From a virus (taxonomy: Duplodnaviria; Caudoviricetes), in IMG/VR virus record IMGVR_UViG_2854078061_000001, positions 1 through 64,000 of that record: 64,000 bases of DNA. One strand, given 5' to 3'. Every line of letters begins with the position of its first letter. Position 1 is the first letter of the stretch. This document shows, piece by piece, positions 18,924-28,133 of the stretch. The notes below the pieces were generated by a model that saw only the letters and a program-made list of their open reading frames with translations, had not been told where the DNA came from and searched no databases. The translations under genes were made by a program, and so were the position numbers.

Positions 18924-20156
18924 TTATGCAACAACGCCCTCTTTGGGACGAAGATCCTCTTTGAGCATCGCAATGATATCGGTGCCGAACTTCGCATTGT
19001 AACGACGGATCAGCTCGTCGATCACCTCAGGCTCGACCATGTGATAATAGTTGAGCTTGCCATTGAACTTTTGCAGATCTTCCAGTTCCCATGTTCTGCC
19101 GTGCTGCTTTGCATTGATATAATTCGTCATAGCCGAACGGAACATTTTAAGATTGCGCCAGCCAACCGTGATCTGATTGTCCTTGTTCCACATCAAGCCG
19201 AGACACCAGTTCTTGCTGGAGTGCCGGTTGCCGTAATGCGTTTTCGTTTCGTTCAGAGTAAACGGCGCATGAAAGAAGTTCAACGCGTCAATGATAATCT
19301 GCTGAATTTCCATCGGGTCAAAATGATGATAACAGCTGATGAGAATGTCATCTGCATATCGTGTGAAAGTGAACTCGCGATCGATTCCGTCCTTTGCTTT
19401 ATAGCCATAGCACAGCTTGCGAGTGATACAGTGATCAAACGGAATCATCATCACATTAGTAAGCCACGGACTGATGGGAGTTCCCTGCGGCAGGCCGTTG
19501 CGAAGGAAGCACAGGTTGACCGCCTTTGCCAGTTCATCTCGGCCACGTGCATCCCGCATGATCAGAGCAAATGGATAGATCACACTCATCATGCCGAGCA
19601 GAAAATCCGGTGTCGTGCTGGGGAAGAAACCATGGAAGTCGAACTTGACCGCCCAATGATTTTGATAATTTACGACCTTTTTCATGCCGGTCGCCTCATC
19701 AACGACGGTTTTATTGTGGCCTGCTTGATGCTTACGGACTGCATCGATAAAGCTGCGATTGGGAATATATGCGAAAGCATTCGTGTGATAATCTGCAATC
19801 ATAAAGCTCTTCAGTAGTTCCCGCAGCTCGATCAGTGCATCAGAAAGAGTTTCATCTGGCGCATCAATGGGTCGCCAACCGCCAGATTTCTTTGGGATCT
19901 CAAAGTGAGAATAGTGACTCGGGATATCGCTGGATTCAAGCGCCGTATACTTCACGTTGTAGTCCACCAGCTTCTCGATCATCTCAGGAACATTTGTGAT
20001 AGCGCGAAGTTTGGAGGTTAAATCGTTGCGGCACACGGTCATTGTGGATGTGTTGCTGCCGCCATAGTGCAGTGCTTCTACATTCTGGACACCGGCAAGG
20101 ATCTCATCAAAAGTGATTTGCCGGGTCTTAGGAGGATTCAGATATGTAATGTACAT
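18924..20156 (-). CDS. Retron-type reverse transcriptase
   Basis: IPKKSGGWRPIDAP, KFDFHGFFPS, LPQGTPISP, FTRYADDILIS; no maturase or endonuclease domain. Confidence 0.92.
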   Translation of the reverse strand: MYITYLNPPKTRQITFDEILAGVQNVEALHYGGSNTSTMTVCRNDLTSKLRAITNVPEMIEKLVDYNVKYTALESSDIPSHYSHFEIPKKSGGWRPIDAPDETLSDALIELRELLKSFMIADYHTNAFAYIPNRSFIDAVRKHQAGHNKTVVDEATGMKKVVNYQNHWAVKFDFHGFFPSTTPDFLLGMMSVIYPFALIMRDARGRDELAKAVNLCFLRNGLPQGTPISPWLTNVMMIPFDHCITRKLCYGYKAKDGIDREFTFTRYADDILISCYHHFDPMEIQQIIIDALNFFHAPFTLNETKTHYGNRHSSKNWCLGLMWNKDNQITVGWRNLKMFRSAMTNYINAKQHGRTWELEDLQKFNGKLNYYHMVEPEVIDELIRRYNAKFGTDIIAMLKEDLRPKEGVVA

Positions 20157-20176
20157 TGTTTCTCCTTTATGATTTC

Positions 20177-20442
20177 ATCGTGATCTAAATGGGTTTCTTG
20201 AGGCTAAAACGCGTGCAGCAGGAGGTCCCGATCATGATTGGATGCTGAAGTCGGCTATATAACCGCCTTCGGATGACCCAAAACTGGTCGATTCGAGCTC
20301 TGTGGGAGCGCCGACGGCCGGTGCCATAAGCTTGTTTTGCAATGTTGATGCCTCAGGGGGAGGACCCCCCTCTTCTTAACAATTCGATACACTTGGCTTG
20401 ACCTAAGTGCGCTGTTTATGAAAAACAACTATTCATCACGAT
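20177..20442 (-). ncRNA. Retron-like msr/msd ncRNA, copy B (directly upstream of RT)
   Basis: Inverted repeat ATCGTGAT/ATCACGAT, G at 20434, same two-hairpin msr fold. Confidence 0.8.
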
Positions 20443-20461
20443 TTTTTTATTTACGATTTTA

Positions 20462-21142
20462 TCAGAACGCCATGACGCTCTCTTCACCCAGAATGAACGG
20501 GGTTGCAATGATCTGCTTCTTCAGCGGCTTGCCCTCCACGAAATTGATGAAGTTCGTAATCGCCAGACAGCAGATGAAACGAACGGTTGGTGCAACACCC
20601 TGAACGATGCCACATGCGGACACCGGCGTACTTACCTTTGCTTCCTCGTGAGTGAAGTTCATGGAGTTCTTCAGATTGTCGATCTGCTTACGATCCTTCC
20701 AATCGGCCGACCAGCACTGTGCATCATACAGGCCAGTGCGGATATCGAACACACCGAGCAGCTCAGGATTGTATTTGTTCTTCTCCAGGAACTGCTTGCG
20801 AATCTCGATGCTATCCACGGCCAGGAACACATAACCCTTGACGGTTTCGCCCTGCCAGCCATTGGGCATCAGGACCAGATCCTCTTTGATATCAGGATTC
20901 ACATTGCACAGGATGTTGCCCACAGCTTCCACCTTGGGATGAGCGATATCCTGCTGGAAAAACATCTGATTGACGATATTCTTGGGTTCGACAAAGTCCA
21001 TATCCCACAGAGTGAACTTGGTCAGACCGTATCGTGCCAGCAGTTCAGCCACAGTAGAGCCGACCGAACCACAGCCGATGATATGAATGCGACCCTTAAC
21101 AGACGCAGGGTCAAACACCATTTCGATTTTGCTCAGATCCAT
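20462..21142 (-). CDS. E1-like ThiF/MoeB family activating enzyme
   Basis: IIGCGSVGS, WDMDFVEPKNIVNQ, PKVEA, LAVDS, SACG. Confidence 0.9.
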   Translation of the reverse strand: MDLSKIEMVFDPASVKGRIHIIGCGSVGSTVAELLARYGLTKFTLWDMDFVEPKNIVNQMFFQQDIAHPKVEAVGNILCNVNPDIKEDLVLMPNGWQGETVKGYVFLAVDSIEIRKQFLEKNKYNPELLGVFDIRTGLYDAQCWSADWKDRKQIDNLKNSMNFTHEEAKVSTPVSACGIVQGVAPTVRFICCLAITNFINFVEGKPLKKQIIATPFILGEESVMAF

Positions 21143-21156
21143 TGTTGTTTCCTTTC

Positions 21157-22122
21157 TTAGTCCTGAAATGCTTCAGCGTAGGGATAGCAGCTCGAATTCC
21201 AATTGTTCATCAGGTCATTCGGATTCTCCTGATAATACTTCATCAGATTGGATTCGCTTCCCTTGCTCTTGGCTGAATCGATCTTAGGGGCGGCTCCACC
21301 CGTGACAGTTTTCAGCGCCGGGTTCGTCGTGGCTGCCGGTTTCGTTTCTGCTTTTGTTTTCGTGGACGCGGCTGCGGTGTTTGTGTTACCAACGAACGCG
21401 CCTCCCCGACAAGCTGTTGTACCCGCGCTGTAGCTGCCGGAGTAAGCTGCACCATTGTAGTTGCCGCTGTAGCCACTGTATGTAGTTGTGACCGGCTTTT
21501 GGACGAGCGCTTCCGCCTGTTCGAGAAACCCTTTCGTATCGGCCTCTCCAATCGTCACTTTGACATCATCGCCGCTGTAGATGACATTGTCCGCCATGTC
21601 CACAACACGGACGTTATACTCCCGCCGCTTGTTCCAGATCATAAAGACGTAGTAATCCTCAGAGCTCAGAGTATCAATGAGATCCCACTGATTCTGCATA
21701 TCCACACCGCTGGGAGAAGTGCTCATGTTCACATGACTGTGTCCCTGGAACCGCAGCGTATTAAAGGATTCATCGTCCAGCTCATACAGCCAGGTCGTAT
21801 ACTTTTCCTGGTCCGTATTCACTGTTGCGCCCGTGACCTGCTGCGGATAAACCAGGATCTTGGTGATTTGGAAGTGAGTCTTATCAATGCGATTCACCAG
21901 ACCGTGCCAGGCGACCTCGGTACTGAAGTGATCGATCAGGGCACACATCTCGTGATAAGCTTCCAGAGTGAAATTCACCTCGACTGCGTCCTTGGCAGGC
22001 TTGGAAAAATTCTTGTTAAAGGAGAACTTATCCGCCTGCAGATTGCCCAACGCAGAAGCCTGTGCATAGAACTCCTGCAAAATCCCTTGGATCAGTTCGT
22101 CATTCATCTTAACCGGCTGCAT
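21157..22122 (-). CDS. JAB/MPN metallopeptidase
   Basis: TEVAW and GHSHVNMSTSPSGVD (HxH..PS..D) motif; low-complexity C-terminal tail. Confidence 0.82.
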   Translation of the reverse strand: MQPVKMNDELIQGILQEFYAQASALGNLQADKFSFNKNFSKPAKDAVEVNFTLEAYHEMCALIDHFSTEVAWHGLVNRIDKTHFQITKILVYPQQVTGATVNTDQEKYTTWLYELDDESFNTLRFQGHSHVNMSTSPSGVDMQNQWDLIDTLSSEDYYVFMIWNKRREYNVRVVDMADNVIYSGDDVKVTIGEADTKGFLEQAEALVQKPVTTTYSGYSGNYNGAAYSGSYSAGTTACRGGAFVGNTNTAAASTKTKAETKPAATTNPALKTVTGGAAPKIDSAKSKGSESNLMKYYQENPNDLMNNWNSSCYPYAEAFQD

Positions 22123-22135
22123 ACTTCAAACCTCC

Positions 22136-23610
22136 TTATGCCGTTTCTCTGCTTTCGTTTTCCAGAATCTCAACCACCTGTTTGATGGTGTAGAGATTGC
22201 CATCCTTATCTTCCAGACACTTCCGATTACTATAATCGCCGAACAGCTTTTCCATCATCCATTCGACGACCGTAGAATCCGTCCAGTTGATATAGGAAGA
22301 AGAAGTTACCAGAGTAGACAAAACGCCGATGTAATCACGACGAAGAGCCAAATCCTGAAGCATACCGCGATAGCCGCCGTAACAGGTAAACCGGTCGATA
22401 TGCGGCTGAGGAAAACGATCCTTCATCAGGTCTTCTCGGTGATTCATGTTAGTGCTTCTGACGGCTTCGACGCGGCAGTCATCATAGACAATCCACTCGC
22501 AGTAGACACGCAGATTGAACCGGTGCTCTTTCCAGATAGCCAGGAACAACTTCTTGGTGAGATCCATATCATACGGGCTCTCCTCGTAGATGTAGCTGGA
22601 CATCTTATCCTGCTTTTCGACATACTGCTTAAAAATATCTTCGTTGTAGTCATTCAGATAGCAGTTCACGCCGACCCACAGCTGATTGCCGGACTTATCC
22701 AGAGCGATAAGAGATTTGTTCGCCTTGAAGAAATCGACCAACTCCTTCTCATCGTCTCCAGAGTTGCAGGCACGATTCCGGAGCACCAGAAGCTTCATCT
22801 GCTCTTCATCCACCTGCTTCATGGCATTGCGGGCGCTGCTCATGTAATCATTGACGTTGTTCTCTGCCCGGCGGACACGTTCTTCCTGATCGTGGATCGA
22901 GCGGGTGAAGTTCTGACTGCAGAATCCCTTGAGCATGCTTTCGACTTTCTTGCCGTAGAAGTCATAAGCTGCACAGATCTTGTCAATTGCCGCATTGAAC
23001 TTGTCATACTTCTGCTCAGCCAGCATCTTCAGCAGATCGAGTTCATCCCTGGTTGCCGGGTGATCCTTGAATGCCCACGGAAGCAGACGAGGCAGACAGC
23101 TCATCATCATCTGCATGACCTGGATTCTCTTGGGCGAAGGAGCGAACACCATGGTCGCCTGCTTGGTTTCGTTCTGGTAGACCAGAGCGTCACCGCTGCG
23201 ATCGACATACAGAGAGACATCCTCAAGACGAACCCAGCCCGCCTTCTTGTAGTCCTCGTCGAACATTTTCACCTGCTTGATGTAATCGGCCGCTTTCTTG
23301 TTGGGGATGAAATGGAAATACAGGCCGAGCTTGATCTTTGTGAACGGACCACCTCACCAGCGTAATAGGCTGCTGTCAACTTCTCATCGTCCGGGAGCCG
23401 GATCTCGTTCTCGACCACCAGAGACTGCATGATGCCTTTGTTCTCGGGATCAGCGGTAAAAGTCGCCAGCCGCTCCTCGTTCATCACTGCCCGGAGAACG
23501 GTCAGGACGGTGTTATCTTCGGTTTCGAATTTGTTCCTGCTCTTGATGTCAGAGAAAAATTCGTTGCATTCGTTCGAGCCGAGCTTCGTCAGCAAACCAG
23601 TGAATGCCAT
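22136..23610 (-). pseudogene. E2-like (UBC-fold C-terminal) coiled-coil protein, frameshifted near 23352
   Basis: C-terminal FPQPHIDRFTCYGG motif; the two ORFs join into one frame if 1 nt is added after ...YYAGE. Confidence 0.6.
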
Positions 23611-23797
23611 AGTTACTTCCTCCTTAAATTCATATCTTGCATTTAAAAAGCCCAGATACTGGACACATATAAGGCAGACTTTAACCGGCCTGCCAGCGGC
23701 TGCAATGCTACTTATCTGTTGTAACCAGAACAGATTTATATTCGGACTTTATTCGAGATTCGCTCGAACAGATTCAGGATCAGACTCCGTTAATTCC

Positions 23798-24028
23798 TTA
23801 ACGGGCGTTGTCCATCTTCTGAACACAGACCAGATAAGCCTTCTCGGTAACGTGCATATCGGCAAAAGTCTTGTCCATGTCGCCAGGCTGCAGAACACAG
23901 CCATCCAGAGAAGTCTGACCAGCAGAGTAGTTGATATCGTTCTCCTCCAGGCACTGACGCAGGGTAGTGTCCTCAGTAGCCATGACAGTCTTACGGTTGG
24001 TGTTGGTACCCACAGTGATCTTCAGCAT
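23798..24028 (-). CDS. Prokaryotic ubiquitin-like (beta-grasp) protein
   Basis: 76 aa with pattern LKITV...TTLRQCL...LDG..L...DKTFAD......L; heads the E2-JAB-E1 operon; ends KMDNAR. Confidence 0.7.
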   Translation of the reverse strand: MLKITVGTNTNRKTVMATEDTTLRQCLEENDINYSAGQTSLDGCVLQPGDMDKTFADMHVTEKAYLVCVQKMDNAR

Positions 24029-24164
24029 AATATGTACTCCTTTTTAATTTGAAAAATTTATTGTTGAAACGTCGGATTGACGAATCATTTAAAACGAATG
24101 CCGGACGTATTGCGCTGGAACATCCGGCGTGGAACCACAGTGGCGCTCTTACCAGGCGGCGCTC

Positions 24165-24596
24165 TTACTCAGCGGCGGCCTCAGGCTCAGCGTCGTTCTC
24201 GATGGTGATAGCAGCGTTCATAGCGGCCTCATCAGCAGCGATAGAGCTCATAGCCTCGGCGATCTGCTCCTCGATCTTGGTGCAGTTCACGATAGCCAGA
24301 CCCAGCTTCTCACGAACGAACTCGTTGATCTCCTCGACAGTGGTCTTGCCGTTGGGAAGCTCGATGCTCATGGTAGCGACCTTGGGAGTGGTGACGGAAT
24401 TCTTTGCGAAAGTCACGCCCATCTCATTGGCAGAAGCAGAACCGCTGACACCGATAGCGCAGACAGGCTCCTTCTCCTTGCCCTCGCCCTTGTACAGAAC
24501 CAGAGCCTCGGGACGGAACTTCTTGACCTTCTTCAGGGTCTCGATGTCGTAAGCGGAAGTGACGAAAACGTTGTTGTACTTAACAGTTGCCTTCAT
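24165..24596 (-). CDS. Hypothetical protein
   Basis: AAGGAG RBS; strongly biased codon use. Confidence 0.65.
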   Translation of the reverse strand: MKATVKYNNVFVTSAYDIETLKKVKKFRPEALVLYKGEGKEKEPVCAIGVSGSASANEMGVTFAKNSVTTPKVATMSIELPNGKTTVEEINEFVREKLGLAIVNCTKIEEQIAEAMSSIAADEAAMNAAITIENDAEPEAAAE

Positions 24597-24652
24597 AATA
24601 TTGATCTCCTTTATAATAAAAAAAATGTTATGTAAACGAGCCGGTTTGCTCG

Positions 24653-24781
24653 TTATACCGTTGTTGTTAGCAGCTCTTTCATATCGTCAAGAGCCTCGTC
24701 CCATGTGTCGGCCGACTGAATGAACTGGCCATTATCCGCCGACACGATTTCATAATGGCCGTCCACATACTTGATATGCAT
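24653..24781 (-). CDS. Small hypothetical protein
   Basis: MHIKYVDGHYEI; AAAGGAG RBS. Confidence 0.55.
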   Translation of the reverse strand: MHIKYVDGHYEIVSADNGQFIQSADTWDEALDDMKELLTTTV

Positions 24782-24834
24782 CCGTTTTCTCCTTTCATTT
24801 GACAGTGTAAAGTGTGTTTGGATGGCGAAAAAAA

Positions 24835-25083
24835 TTAAAGCAGAGACTCGCAGCGGCATTCACTGGTTGACTCTACAGGTGCCCACCAACCATCATGCAG
24901 GTGCTCGATCAGGCGAGATCCTGGCTTGTTCCATGTGTACCCATCGCAGAGCTGCACTTGAGGACAATCGGTATCTTCTGTATACCCAACAACGATTCCC
25001 TCCACACCCTCATTGGCATCACCGGGACCCCACGGAGACTCAAGCCTTACGCGATCACCGATACAGAATTTTCTTTCGTCCAT
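24835..25083 (-). CDS. Divergent SH3/KOW-like protein with CxCxxLL tag
   Basis: IGDRVRL...ECRCESLL. Confidence 0.7.
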   Translation of the reverse strand: MDERKFCIGDRVRLESPWGPGDANEGVEGIVVGYTEDTDCPQVQLCDGYTWNKPGSRLIEHLHDGWWAPVESTSECRCESLL

Positions 25084-25088
25084 GTTAC

Positions 25089-25463
25089 TCAGTCCTCTCT
25101 ATCCATTCCTTTGACCTTATCCACAGCATAATCGATCACGTCAGTGACATACTCAGTGGCGTTGTTGATGTTATCCTGCGTAAACATATCAGCGGCGAGC
25201 ATCTTGTAGCAGGTGTCTTCAGAAGGAATCACACAAACCAGAACCGCGACAACAAAAGTTGCAATTGCAACCTTGATGCAGAGTTTTACTTCCTCGGCTA
25301 CATCTTTGTTTTTAAAGCCACGATCGTCTGCATCGCTCATAGTACACATGAACATAATCGCTCCTCCGATCATAAGCACGGTTAGAATGACGATTAGTAG
25401 TGTTCTGACACTATCTACGATGCCAATCCAGTAGAACACCCAAGGGTTGATAATGGAGTTCAT
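25089..25463 (-). CDS. Membrane protein (two TM helices)
   Basis: Two hydrophobic stretches. Confidence 0.65.
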   Translation of the reverse strand: MNSIINPWVFYWIGIVDSVRTLLIVILTVLMIGGAIMFMCTMSDADDRGFKNKDVAEEVKLCIKVAIATFVVAVLVCVIPSEDTCYKMLAADMFTQDNINNATEYVTDVIDYAVDKVKGMDRED

Positions 25464-25478
25464 ACGACTGTGCCCTCC

Positions 25479-25703
25479 TTACTTGAGCCCTTTTAAGATA
25501 TTTTCCTTTAGGACTTTGCACAAGATATCAGTGTGCAATTTCTTATCTTCTTTCGACATCTTCTTGCTGTTGAGCCAATCAATGGTAGTGGAAATCATGC
25601 TGTTACCAACCACATCCACCACGTCGCTCTTGTCTTCTCCCGTGTCGAGAGTAATATCAGTCAGTACGCCGTTAAGAGGAGTTGTGCTAATAATCACTTT
25701 CAT
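25479..25703 (-). CDS. Hypothetical protein
   Basis: ORF with RBS. Confidence 0.5.
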   Translation of the reverse strand: MKVIISTTPLNGVLTDITLDTGEDKSDVVDVVGNSMISTTIDWLNSKKMSKEDKKLHTDILCKVLKENILKGLK

Positions 25704-25744
25704 AATACTTCGTCCTTTCGGTTTTTATTGTTAATATTCGAACA

Positions 25745-25828
25745 TGGTGCGGCTAGAGGGACTTGAACCCTCACTCACTGGGAACTGGTACCTAAAACCA
25801 GCGTGTCTGCCTATTCCACCATAGCCGC
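25745..25828 (-). tRNA. tRNA-Leu (anticodon UAG)
   Basis: Cloverleaf; CTGGT-TT-TAG-GT-ACCAG; long variable arm; encoded CCA. Confidence 0.9.
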
Positions 25829-25838
25829 ATATAAATTA

Positions 25839-25964
25839 GGTACACCTGCACTCCCGATTCTCCAAGCAGGACAACTTCCATTCCGGACCACAATATCCGA
25901 AACATTAGGGCGCAACAAGGAAGTCGTGGCTATTTTATTGATCGTACTTTTACCACCATGTACC
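25839..25964 (-). ncRNA. Unidentified multi-stem structured RNA
   Basis: GGTACA/TGTACC closing stem; CGACTTCC/GGAAGTTG, TTCGGA/TCCGGA, CCTGC/GCAGG helices. Confidence 0.45.
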
Positions 25965-26075
25965 TATTCCCCATTTTGTTAGAGACCTAATGGGCAAAGC
26001 TGTCTACCTACACCGGTTGTGGACGGACTTACCCGGCTGGATTTGTATGTAGGAGTCTCAAACCGTCGCACACCA

Positions 26076-26150
26076 TGGAGCAGCGAATGGGAGTCGAACC
26101 CACATCTCCAGCTTGGAAGGCTGGCATATTAACCGTTATACGACCGCTGC
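26076..26150 (-). tRNA. tRNA-Gly (UCC)
   Basis: CCAGC-CT-TCC-AA-GCTGG; GGTTCGA T-loop; CCA. Confidence 0.92.
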
Positions 26151-26283
26151 ATATAAACCCAGCTTACAAAGCCTTGTTGCTTTCGATACGATATAGACCG
26201 AAGCATCGTATTAAAAGAGCCGGGAATAACAAGAATGAGGTAAAAGGTCCCTGCTGAATAACATACCAAAAAGACAGGAACCC

Positions 26284-26355
26284 TGGTGCGATTGGATGGA
26301 CTTGAACCACCGACGCGCATTCAGCCTGCTGCTCTACCAACTGAGCTACAATCGC
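26284..26355 (-). tRNA. Atypical tRNA (Phe-like) with anticodon arm 4 nt short
   Basis: Intact acceptor, D and T arms and CCA; anticodon arm GCAGGCTGAATGC is 13 nt. Confidence 0.7.
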
Positions 26356-26443
26356 ATAAGATACTCGGCTTACAAGGCCAATTGCACCCTTTCGAGCGAG
26401 CCGAGAATAATTGACAAGAGTTATTATGTTACCCCTTTCGGGG

Positions 26444-26532
26444 TGGTGCCGCTACTGGGATTCGAACCCAGATGATATTACTACCGTCGAATCTTAAGTT
26501 CGATGTGTCTAGCCTGATTTCACCATAGCGGC
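26444..26532 (-). tRNA. tRNA-Leu (UAA)
   Basis: TCGAA-CT-TAA-GA-TTCGA; long variable arm; CCA. Confidence 0.9.
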
Positions 26533-26623
26533 ATATCAAAGCTGTCTGTCCAGCAGCCAACCGTCTTTCCGATTTGTCAAACCGTTTCGCTCTACATACA
26601 AGCTCCCGACTCAATCGAGCCGG

Positions 26624-26703
26624 TGGTAGCCCCACCCGGATTTGAACCGGGAACAATAAGCAAGGTTTGAACTTGCCGCGTGTGCCAATTTCGCCATGGG
26701 GCC
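26624..26703 (-). tRNA. tRNA-Leu (CAA)
   Basis: GCAAG-TT-CAA-AC-CTTGC; CCA. Confidence 0.85.
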
Positions 26704-26743
26704 ATATATGCTCGTCTTTCCGAGCCGCCACTGCTTGCGCAGG

Positions 26744-27061
26744 TCATTCCTCTACTTCAAACACCATGTAGTACATGTGATTATCTTCACCGTTATCGAC
26801 CGATGCTCCGATAACATACTCAGGATATGGGTCCAACTCACATCCGCAAAAATCAGCGTAGGATTCAGTGTCAACTTTCACTGCATCTTCGTACCGAGCG
26901 GCCTCATCTTCAGGCATCCCATTGAGAAAACACTGAAAGCTGACAGCGGCAAAAGCAATCGCATCGTCTCTTGATTTGAATGCTTTATCAATACTTACTG
27001 ACTTGTAGACATCAGCTTTCTCGTTGGTGTAATCGCTTGCGACGATATACATCTGAATCAC
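26744..27061 (-). CDS. Acidic hypothetical protein
   Basis: ORF overlapping the upstream stop. Confidence 0.55.
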   Translation of the reverse strand: MIQMYIVASDYTNEKADVYKSVSIDKAFKSRDDAIAFAAVSFQCFLNGMPEDEAARYEDAVKVDTESYADFCGCELDPYPEYVIGASVDNGEDNHMYYMVFEVEE

Positions 27062-27729
27062 TCCTTATCAAAGATATCGGTATACTTGGTATACAGCTTG
27101 CCGTTATGGAAGTAGGTATTGTAATCGCACTGTGTCACATACCACCATCGCTTCTGATGACCAGCCAACAGAAAATCGTGCAGATGATAGGTTTCCTTAT
27201 AGTGCTCATCCACCCGCTGACGGAAGGTGAGCTCGTCGATCTGGTTAGAATACAACACATAATCAGCAATCTTATTGATATCGTTCTCGGTCATATCGTC
27301 ATCCACAACGAAAACCACACGAACGATTTCACCGCCAACACGATGAATTTTGTCCAGTTCGTCCATATGATGCAGATGATAAACAACCCGATCGAATCTT
27401 TCAAACGGGAAAAGCATGATGTCTGGATCATTCTTAACATCATAATAACTGGTGTGCAATTCAGTCTGACGACCAAGCTTTCTGCAAGTATCGAAAAAGT
27501 ATGCCCACCACTTCTGATGATGAGGCCACTTCCATAATGGATCACCGCCGCCTGATACGGACACCCAGTTGCAATCAGCGCAATCATTATAAAGGGCGCT
27601 CCATAATTCATCACGAGAAGAATACTCCCCTGTCGGTGTCATCTTGAGCTTGTTATTGCGGACGATACACTCAGGGCAGCTGTAGTGGCACCCGAAGTTC
27701 GTGATAATACTGAGATATTTGTCAGCCAT
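27058..27729 (-). CDS. Radical SAM protein
   Basis: CHYSCPEC (CxxxCxxC), SVSGGGDP. Confidence 0.85.
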   Translation of the reverse strand: MADKYLSIITNFGCHYSCPECIVRNNKLKMTPTGEYSSRDELWSALYNDCADCNWVSVSGGGDPLWKWPHHQKWWAYFFDTCRKLGRQTELHTSYYDVKNDPDIMLFPFERFDRVVYHLHHMDELDKIHRVGGEIVRVVFVVDDDMTENDINKIADYVLYSNQIDELTFRQRVDEHYKETYHLHDFLLAGHQKRWWYVTQCDYNTYFHNGKLYTKYTDIFDKE

Positions 27730-27735
27730 TTTGAT

Positions 27736-27990
27736 TTACTCCTTGTTAATAGTAAGCTGAATAGACCAATAATCTCTATCGTTTCCAGTGTAAATCAAAG
27801 AGTCCAAAACTTCTGAGTGCTGATCGCACTCGTGATAAATTTCTGGACCATGGCTCTGAAGCCATCCAGACTCCACTCCGAACTTTTTAACGATTTTTCC
27901 TTCATCAATGACTGCGATGCTATCGGAAGCCTTATCTTTCGCTTCTTCAATCATCCATTCAACGATTTCTTTGATATTCAGATTTGCCAT
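27736..27990 (-). CDS. Hypothetical protein
   Basis: ORF with RBS. Confidence 0.55.
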   Translation of the reverse strand: MANLNIKEIVEWMIEEAKDKASDSIAVIDEGKIVKKFGVESGWLQSHGPEIYHECDQHSEVLDSLIYTGNDRDYWSIQLTINKE

Positions 27991-28023
27991 GATTCATACC
28001 TTCTTTCAAAATGTTACTAAAAA

Positions 28024-28114
28024 TGGTGCCGGTAGCAGGACTCGAACCCGCGCCTCTGTCTTATCTGGACCAAGGGGTATAAACCCAGTGCTCTAGCCGC
28101 TGAGCGATACCGGC
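28024..28114 (-). tRNA. tRNA-Ile (UAU) with long variable region
   Basis: GCCGGTA/TACCGGC acceptor; GGG-TT-TAT-AC-CCC anticodon loop; CCA; 91 nt. Confidence 0.75.
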
Positions 28115-28133
28115 ATAAGAGAGGAGGATTTAA

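Noticed and set aside
11936-20156. Diversity-generating retroelement (RT plus variable paralogs)
   Set aside because: No near-identical TR/VR pair differing at adenines and no Avd-like gene; RT motifs and the flanking ncRNA are retron-like
18924-20156. Group II intron
   Set aside because: No maturase X or endonuclease domain, no domain V hairpin recognised, and no interrupted host gene
25745-25828. Amber suppressor tRNA
   Set aside because: The anticodon is UAG (reads CUA, Leu); a suppressor needs CUA, and none was found in the window
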